Shown: positions 7,891 to 12,892 of the stretch, one piece after another | Layout of the letters: each line of letters opens with the position of its first letter | How positions within the stretch are numbered: position 1 is the stretch's first letter | Source of the DNA: Nostoc sp. DedSLP01 | GTDB lineage: Bacteria > Cyanobacteriota > Cyanobacteriia > Cyanobacteriales > Nostocaceae | Direction: 5' to 3' | NCBI GenBank assembly: GCA_034530875.2 | Contig: JAVRCJ020000077.1 | Coordinates: forward strand, 1 to 12,892 | DNA: 12,892 nucleotides | Translations under genes and position numbers: made by a program | The notes under the pieces: generated by a model | Told to the model about the DNA's origin: nothing | The model's input: only the letters and a program-made list of their open reading frames with translations | The model's database searches: none

Positions 7891-8409
7891 ATGGTATCAA
7901 CCTATTACCCTGAAACTACTTTCCCTGACTATCTAGTCATGGCAGATGGAACTGAGCAATCCCAAAGCTCGGATATCCTTGCACGTTTGCATAGCGGACA
8001 AGTTTTCATCGTCAATAGTCGTAGGCGAAATGGATTAATTTTGTTTAAACGCTACCATGCAGAATTTGCCGGGCCTGGAGCTGCTGTGGGTGGAGATTAC
8101 GATTGTGATTGCCAAAGGGCACTGCCTATAGGTAATTTGTCTCTATTAACTCCGGAATCCAATGAAGAACGTCAGAAAGCGTACTTAATTAGGCGGCAGT
8201 GGATTCGCCTGATTAAACAAATTACAGAAAATCCTATGCCTGGACAGCGAGTCCAAAAAATTCTCGATCAATTTGAACAATACTTTCCACCAGAAATAGT
8301 AGCTCTTTTGCCAGATGCCGCCTTTGCTCTTTTGGTGGGTGTACTGCCACAAACAGTAGGAATGGTACGCCGTTTGGGCAGTGAAGTGGACAGTAGATTT
8401 AATTACTGA
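7891..8409 (+). CDS. Hypothetical protein, degenerate Crp/Fnr-like (alternative starts GTG 7816, ATG 7855)
   Basis: AEFAGPGAAVG resembles the lgpGdxfG strand of cNMP-binding folds; then a long helix, QRVQKILDQF (Crp D-helix-like RlxxxLxxl) and LPDAAFALLVGVLPQTVGMVR (Crp HTH-like lAxxvGxxxxTV). The ORF is solid; family and start are inferred. Confidence 0.7.
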   Translation: MVSTYYPETTFPDYLVMADGTEQSQSSDILARLHSGQVFIVNSRRRNGLILFKRYHAEFAGPGAAVGGDYDCDCQRALPIGNLSLLTPESNEERQKAYLIRRQWIRLIKQITENPMPGQRVQKILDQFEQYFPPEIVALLPDAAFALLVGVLPQTVGMVRRLGSEVDSRFNY

Positions 8410-8417
8410 GTGAATTG

Positions 8418-9566
8418 CTAAGATTGTAAATCTGCCAAGGCAGCTTGTAGTCGATTAATAGTACGGGCATTTTCTTCGCTTGTTCCTACAGTAATTCGTA
8501 ATCCGCCGCTAATATAGCGTACAAGAGTCCCGAGCGTCCTGAGTTTGTGGTGCAAACTTTTTAAGGTAGCGTCTTGTGAGTGGGAACCGTTTGGTTTAAG
8601 ACGCAGGTAAATAAAATTAGCAGAACTTACTGTAATTTCTAATTCTGTTTGCTGGGATAAAGCTTCAATAATTTTGGTTCGTTCGCTCAAGATTTGAGGA
8701 ATTGACTCAAGTAAGAGTTTACGGTTTTGTAAAGCAATTAATGCTGCTGCTATGGAAAAGGTAGGAAGATTGTAAGGTAAACGAATTTTTTCTAAAATGG
8801 CGATCGCTTCTGGATGAGCAACACAATAACCAACGCGAAGAGATGCCAATCGAAAAGCTTTAGAAAAAGTGCGTAAAATTACCCAGTTAGAGCGATGAGC
8901 CAATTCACTTACTAGAGTAGTTTGGCTAAATTCAAAGTAAGCTTCATCAATCACTACCAAAATATTCTCTGGCAAACTTTTCAGCCATGCCAACTCTGCC
9001 GCAGTTAAGCTATTGGCTGTTGGTGAATTGGGATGTACTACGAAAACTACTCGAATGGGAGGATTTTGCGTGTCTTGGATGGCAGACTGTGCGGCTTTTA
9101 AGTCAATTTCAAAATTGATTTCATTTCTACCCACCGCCACTACAGGAATGCCTAAAGTTTGTGCCAAAATCCCGTACATTGAAAAAGTAGGATTGGCAAC
9201 GAGAATTGAACCTTCTTTTCCTAGACAAGTAGCGATTAACAAAGAACGGATTAGCTCATCTGAGCCGTTGCCGACAGAAATATTGGCAGCAGTAAACAAG
9301 GATGATGAGACGGCGGCTGACTCATTAACGTACTCGGCGATCGCATTTTTTAGTGTCTCATGTCCGCCATCAGGATAACGATTTGTTTCAATTACTTGCT
9401 GATATGTCCAGGCTAACTTTTCTTTTAACTCAGGTGGTAAATCATAAGGACTTTCATTGGTATCAAGGCGATCGAACTGTATGGAAACAGATGCAGATGT
9501 ATCGCTGCTAGGGTGGGGTTTATAAGCACTAAATTGTGCCAAGTCTGGTCGGATGAAGGGAAGCAT
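8418..9566 (-). CDS. hisC: Histidinol-phosphate aminotransferase (382 aa)
   Basis: [40 protein letters not shown] and the PLP-lysine motif [23 protein letters not shown] near the C-terminus. Start placed at ATG 9566 (MLPFIR) because the upstream ATGs lie in an STRR tract. Confidence 0.93.
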   Translation of the reverse strand: MLPFIRPDLAQFSAYKPHPSSDTSASVSIQFDRLDTNESPYDLPPELKEKLAWTYQQVIETNRYPDGGHETLKNAIAEYVNESAAVSSSLFTAANISVGNGSDELIRSLLIATCLGKEGSILVANPTFSMYGILAQTLGIPVVAVGRNEINFEIDLKAAQSAIQDTQNPPIRVVFVVHPNSPTANSLTAAELAWLKSLPENILVVIDEAYFEFSQTTLVSELAHRSNWVILRTFSKAFRLASLRVGYCVAHPEAIAILEKIRLPYNLPTFSIAAALIALQNRKLLLESIPQILSERTKIIEALSQQTELEITVSSANFIYLRLKPNGSHSQDATLKSLHHKLRTLGTLVRYISGGLRITVGTSEENARTINRLQAALADLQS

Positions 9567-9571
9567 AATTT

Positions 9572-9638
9572 TGGGGATGGGGCATGGGGCATGGGGCATT
9601 GGGCATTATTGGTTGACTAATGACCAATGACTAATGAC
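9572..9638. repeat. STRR heptamer tandem repeats
   Basis: TGGGGCA x3 plus variants (9572-9606), and TGACTAA-TGACCAA-TGACTAA-TGAC (9614-9638; reverse complement TTGGTCA is STRR2-type). Typical of heterocystous cyanobacteria. Confidence 0.88.
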
Positions 9639-9671
9639 ATTAGATTAGATAAGGTCTAATATTTTACATCT

Positions 9672-10307
9672 TCAAGGTAACTGGCAGAAGATGCTAATTG
9701 CTTGCCAAATTTCTGCCATAACGTTACCTAAGGCGTGGTCGCTGTCGAGTTCGACTAACTCGACCCAAGGACGCGATCGCTTAAAGTCACGGCTAGCTTC
9801 AATAGGAATGACTTCATCCTTGTTGCCATGCAGAATTAAAGTGGGGATGGAACGTTGTAAAAGTTCTTCTTGGTATCGATGTGCATCTGTTACAAAATCG
9901 TAACTTAAGGGAAGCGATCGCCCTTCCCCATGGTGGTAGACCGTCAAATATTTCTCTTGCTGCCAACGCTGTATTTCTTCATCTGTTAATTTCACTAACC
10001 AATGGGATAAAAACCCAAAGGCTGGGGCTAACAAGACTAAGCGTTGTACTTGTAAATATTGCTGTGCTAGGTGGGCAGCAGTCAAACCGCCCAAACTTGA
10101 GCCTATGAGCGTTACTGGTGTAGAATCCTTGGGTAAATCTGCCGCCACTTGAGTGATTTGACGGGTAACGGTCAACTGGGAAAAATTCCCAGCATTCAAA
10201 TCGGGAATTTTTAGTGGTGTGTGAATTTCGGTAAAGCGATCGCCTATGTACCGCGCTTTGGCAGATTTCGGGCTGGAGGCAAAGCCGTGAAGATAAATAT
10301 ATTGCAA
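9672..10307 (-). CDS. YqiA/YcfP (UPF0227) family alpha/beta hydrolase, putative esterase (211 aa)
   Basis: YIYLHGFASSPKSAKA N-terminus, nucleophile elbow GSSLGG, LVLLAPA, HGNKDEVI (Asp) and SDHAL (His) triad. TTG start. Confidence 0.9.
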   Translation of the reverse strand: MQYIYLHGFASSPKSAKARYIGDRFTEIHTPLKIPDLNAGNFSQLTVTRQITQVAADLPKDSTPVTLIGSSLGGLTAAHLAQQYLQVQRLVLLAPAFGFLSHWLVKLTDEEIQRWQQEKYLTVYHHGEGRSLPLSYDFVTDAHRYQEELLQRSIPTLILHGNKDEVIPIEASRDFKRSRPWVELVELDSDHALGNVMAEIWQAISIFCQLP

Positions 10308-10345
10308 GGCTGTAGATAGTTTAGGAGGCGCAATGAATCGCGTAC

Positions 10346-10426
10346 AAGAGTTAAGAATTTTAAGTTTTTATTTATGAATTTCTTAATCCCGGTCATAAAA
10401 CTTATAACTTAGAATTCATAACTCTT
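10346..10426. repeat. Long AT-rich inverted repeat between gor and the esterase gene
   Basis: AAGAGTTAAGAATTTTAAGTT (10346-10366) pairs with AACTTAGAATTCATAACTCTT (10406-10426) at 19/21 positions; inner TTTATGA/TCATAAA also pair. Confidence 0.7.
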
Positions 10427-10434
10427 AACTTTGA

Positions 10435-11811
10435 TTACCGCATTGTGACAAATTCTTCGGCTACCGAGGGATGGATAGCAACTGTGGCATCAAAATCTTT
10501 TTTGGTTGCGCCCATGTTAACGGCGATCGCTACACCTTGAATAATCTCAGCCGCATGTTCGCCTACCATGTGAGCGCCTAGTACTTTATCGGTGTTGCTA
10601 TCAACCACTAGCTTCATCATTGTTTTCTCTGATTTACCAGTCAAACTATGATACATTGACCGGAAACGAGCGCGATAGATTTTGACGGCATCACCGAGTT
10701 CCTCTCTAGCTTCGGCTTCTGTCAAGCCTACTGTGGAAGCTTCTGGGGTCGAAAATACGGCTGTGGGTACATTTTGATGATTAAAGGCTCGGCGACTATT
10801 GCCGAATTCGCTTTCAGCAAAGGCGCGGCCTTCACCAATTGCTACGGGAGTTAAATTAATTCGGTCAGTGACATCACCAACAGCAAAGATATTTGGTTGA
10901 CTAGTTTGACTATATTCATTGACTGCGATCGCATTTGTGGTTGAGTATCCTGGCCCTTCTATAGAACTGGGGACAACATTAACTCCAGCATTTTCTAAAC
11001 CTAGTCCATCTACATTTGGAGTCCGACCAGTGGCGATTAAAAACACATCAGCAATTACTGGTTCTTGGTCTTCCCCTGATAAACTCAGTTTTATACCTTC
11101 TGGCACGCGTTCAACTTTTTCTACGACATGATTGTGAATCAGTCTAATTCCGTGCTGCTTCATGCCTTCTTCAATATCTGTGCGGATGTCGTCATCAAAT
11201 CCCTTCAAAATCTTTTCACCTCTAATAATTTGGGTTACCTCAGAACCCAAACCGCGCATAATACAGGCAAATTCCGTGCCAATATAACCAGCGCCAATAA
11301 TAGCAATGTGTTTTGGTTGTTCTTTGAGATGAAAGATTTCGTTAGAGGTAATGCCGTGTTCCATTCCTGGTAAATCTGGTTTAATGGGACGTCCACCAAC
11401 AGCAATTAAAATTTTGTCTGCTGTAATTTTGCGTCCATCAAGTTCTACTGTATGGGGGTCTACCAATGTGGCCTTACCGGGAATTAGTTCTACTCCTGCT
11501 TTTTCTAAAAGGCCGATATGTATTTGCGAGAGTCTGCGAACTTCTTTATCTATAGATGTAATGAAATATTCCCAGTCGAGTTCTGCATCACCCACTTTCC
11601 AGCCATAGCCTGGGGCGTCAGTGAAGAGTGAAGGAAAATGAGAGGCATAGACCATCAGTTTTTTGGGAACGCAACCGCGAATTACACAAGTGCCACCAAC
11701 TAAATCATGTTCGGCGATCGCTACTTTTGCGCCGAAGCTAGCCGCCCGTTTGGAAGCTGCCAAACCACCAGAACCCGCACCAATTACAAATAGGTCGTAA
11801 TCAAAAGTCAT
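10435..11811 (-). CDS. gor: Glutathione-disulfide reductase (458 aa)
   Basis: FAD motif YDLFVIGAGSGG, redox disulfide GGTCVIRGCVPKK, dinucleotide motif GAGYIG, AVGDVTDRINLTPVAI, C-terminal IHPSVAEE His-Glu pair. Confidence 0.96.
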   Translation of the reverse strand: MTFDYDLFVIGAGSGGLAASKRAASFGAKVAIAEHDLVGGTCVIRGCVPKKLMVYASHFPSLFTDAPGYGWKVGDAELDWEYFITSIDKEVRRLSQIHIGLLEKAGVELIPGKATLVDPHTVELDGRKITADKILIAVGGRPIKPDLPGMEHGITSNEIFHLKEQPKHIAIIGAGYIGTEFACIMRGLGSEVTQIIRGEKILKGFDDDIRTDIEEGMKQHGIRLIHNHVVEKVERVPEGIKLSLSGEDQEPVIADVFLIATGRTPNVDGLGLENAGVNVVPSSIEGPGYSTTNAIAVNEYSQTSQPNIFAVGDVTDRINLTPVAIGEGRAFAESEFGNSRRAFNHQNVPTAVFSTPEASTVGLTEAEAREELGDAVKIYRARFRSMYHSLTGKSEKTMMKLVVDSNTDKVLGAHMVGEHAAEIIQGVAIAVNMGATKKDFDATVAIHPSVAEEFVTMR

Positions 11812-12121
11812 AGATTTTTATATCTCTCTAGCAACAAGTTAGTTTCTGGGAAGTTACACAAAGAATGTGATTGAACTATAGATGATATCTGCTCAACCTT
11901 GTAAAAGTCTTACCATTGATTTAATTTAGCGTTAGCAGAGGCTCTGCGGTCGTAGGGAATATCACTTTTTTGTTGTTGTGTTCGTTGTTCCTAGCAGACA
12001 AATTGAGGTATGTATTTGGCCCAACTGCAAACCTTTATAAATTTATAGTACTTGTCTGGAGAATTTAACACTCCCACAAATTGAAGCCGTAGAATTGTCG
12101 CTTTATTCACCCAACTTCTTT

Positions 12122-12277
12122 AACGTGAGTTCGACACATTCCAAATAACCCCTCTCCAAACCTCTCCCCGAAACGGGGAGAGGCTTAGAAACTGTCATTT
12201 TTCGTGCCCAACTCAAAATATTAAAGCCCCTCTCCGTCTCGGAGAGGGGTTGGGGAGAGGTTCGTCGAATTCACGTT
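12122..12277. mobile_element. 156-bp MITE-like element with 14-bp TIRs, target-site duplication and two internal GC-rich hairpins
   Basis: TIRs AACGTGAGTTCGAC (12122-12135) and GTCGAATTCACGTT (12264-12277) match at 13/14. Flanking direct repeat TCTTT (12117-12121, 12278-12282). Hairpins CCTCTCCCCG-AAA-CGGGGAGAGG (12161-12183) and CCCCTCTCCG-TCT-CGGAGAGGGG (12227-12249). Confidence 0.85.
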
Positions 12278-12411
12278 TCTTTAGAGGAGTTCTCTCACTT
12301 ATATAGAGTTTATCTATCCACAAGTTTGATATCCTACTCCACCTGTGGATATTTAGCTTTAAGCAGTTTCATTAACTGATAGGATGCTCCATTACAGAGT
12401 ACTCAGCAGTT

Positions 12412-12892
12412 TTATGTAGTTTTGGGAGGGGTTTCGTTATTATTACCACCGGGGTTTCCGTTATTAGTACCACCGGGGTTTTCATTATTAGTACCGCCAG
12501 GGGTTTCGTTATTAGTACCACCGGGGTTTTCGTTATTAGTACCGCCAGGGGTTTCGTTATTAGTACCGCCAGGGGTTTCGTTATTAGTACCGCCAGGGGT
12601 TTCGTTATTAGTACCGCCAGGGGTTTCGTTATTAGTACCGCCAGGGGTTTCGTTATTAGTACCGCCAGGGGTTTCGTTATTAGTACCGCCAGGGGTTTCG
12701 TTATTAGTACCGCCAGGGGTTTCGTTATTAGTACCGCCAGGGGTTTCGTTATTAGTACCGCCAGGGGTTTCGTTATTAGTACCGCCAGGGGTTTCGTTAT
12801 TAGTACCGCCAGGGGTTTCGTTATTAGTACCGCCAGGGGTTTCGTTATTAGTACCGCCAGGGGTTTCGTTATTAGTACCGCCAGGGGTTTCG
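12412..12892 (-). CDS. 3' end of a gene starting beyond the window; C-terminal Gly/Thr/Asn/Pro repeat tail (GGTNNETP)n-PKTT*
   Basis: Stop-free minus-strand frame from the window edge to TAA at 12414-12412. Variant units keep the frame and show synonymous changes (GGC/GGT, AAC/AAT, CCT/CCC) or single-residue substitutions. Absent from the ORF track because there is no start codon in the window. Confidence 0.8.
   Translation of the reverse strand, partial: ETPGGTNNETPGGTNNETPGGTNNETPGGTNNETPGGTNNETPGGTNNETPGGTNNETPGGTNNETPGGTNNETPGGTNNETPGGTNNETPGGTNNETPGGTNNETPGGTNNETPGGTNNENPGGTNNETPGGTNNENPGGTNNGNPGGNNNETPPKTT
12427..12892 (-). repeat. 24-bp tandem repeat (minisatellite), 19 full units plus a partial one, truncated by the window
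   Basis: Plus-strand unit AGGGGTTTCGTTATTAGTACCGCC. Five variant units (12427-12546), then 14 identical units (12547-12882) and 10 further nt. Confidence 0.97.

Larger units (their letters stand above)
1155..11721. repeat. HIP1 octamers (GCGATCGC), 14 dispersed perfect copies
   Basis: Seen starting at 1155, 2202, 4053, 4245, 4378, 7205, 8800, 9337, 9773, 9914, 10236, 10523, 10925 and 11714 (manual count). Hallmark of many cyanobacterial genomes. Confidence 0.9.

Noticed and set aside
9567..9599. [11 protein letters not shown] extension of HisC
   Set aside because: It is simply the translation of the TGCCCCA STRR tract.
9013..11608. Plus-strand ORFs within hisC, the esterase gene and gor
   Set aside because: Antisense shadows of well-supported genes.
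11901..11913. NtcA box upstream of gor
   Set aside because: GTA-N7-TAC has a 7-bp spacer; the canonical site is GTA-N8-TAC.
12427..12892. CRISPR array
   Set aside because: Units are head-to-tail with no unique spacers, the period is a multiple of 3 with an open frame, and no cas genes are present in the window.

Overview
Chromosomal segment of a cyanobacterium, most likely a filamentous Nostocales-type strain (14 perfect HIP1 GCGATCGC octamers counted by eye, plus STRR heptamer repeats). Gene order: repeat-rich non-coding stretch (1-732); tRNA-Gly(TCC) (-) with a clean sigma70-type promoter; an orphan TonB/TolA-like protein with a Pro/Thr repeat stalk (-); the multidomain adenylate cyclase CyaC (REC-GAF-GAF-HisKA-HATPase-REC-cyclase, -); divergently a GNAT acetyltransferase (+) and a small, degenerate Crp/Fnr-like protein (+); then hisC, a YqiA-type esterase and glutathione reductase gor (all -); a 156-bp MITE-like element with terminal inverted repeats, a target duplication and two internal hairpins; and the 3' end of a minus-strand gene made of 19 or more GGTNNETP repeats that runs off the window. 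Most interesting: (i) a possible cAMP/envelope module (TonB-like + CyaC + GNAT + Crp-like), (ii) a 21-nt element splitting a HIP1 site in frame inside cyaC, (iii) the MITE-like element, which has a second terminus at 61-77, (iv) the highly homogeneous coding minisatellite. All family assignments come from motif recognition by eye; no database search was run.
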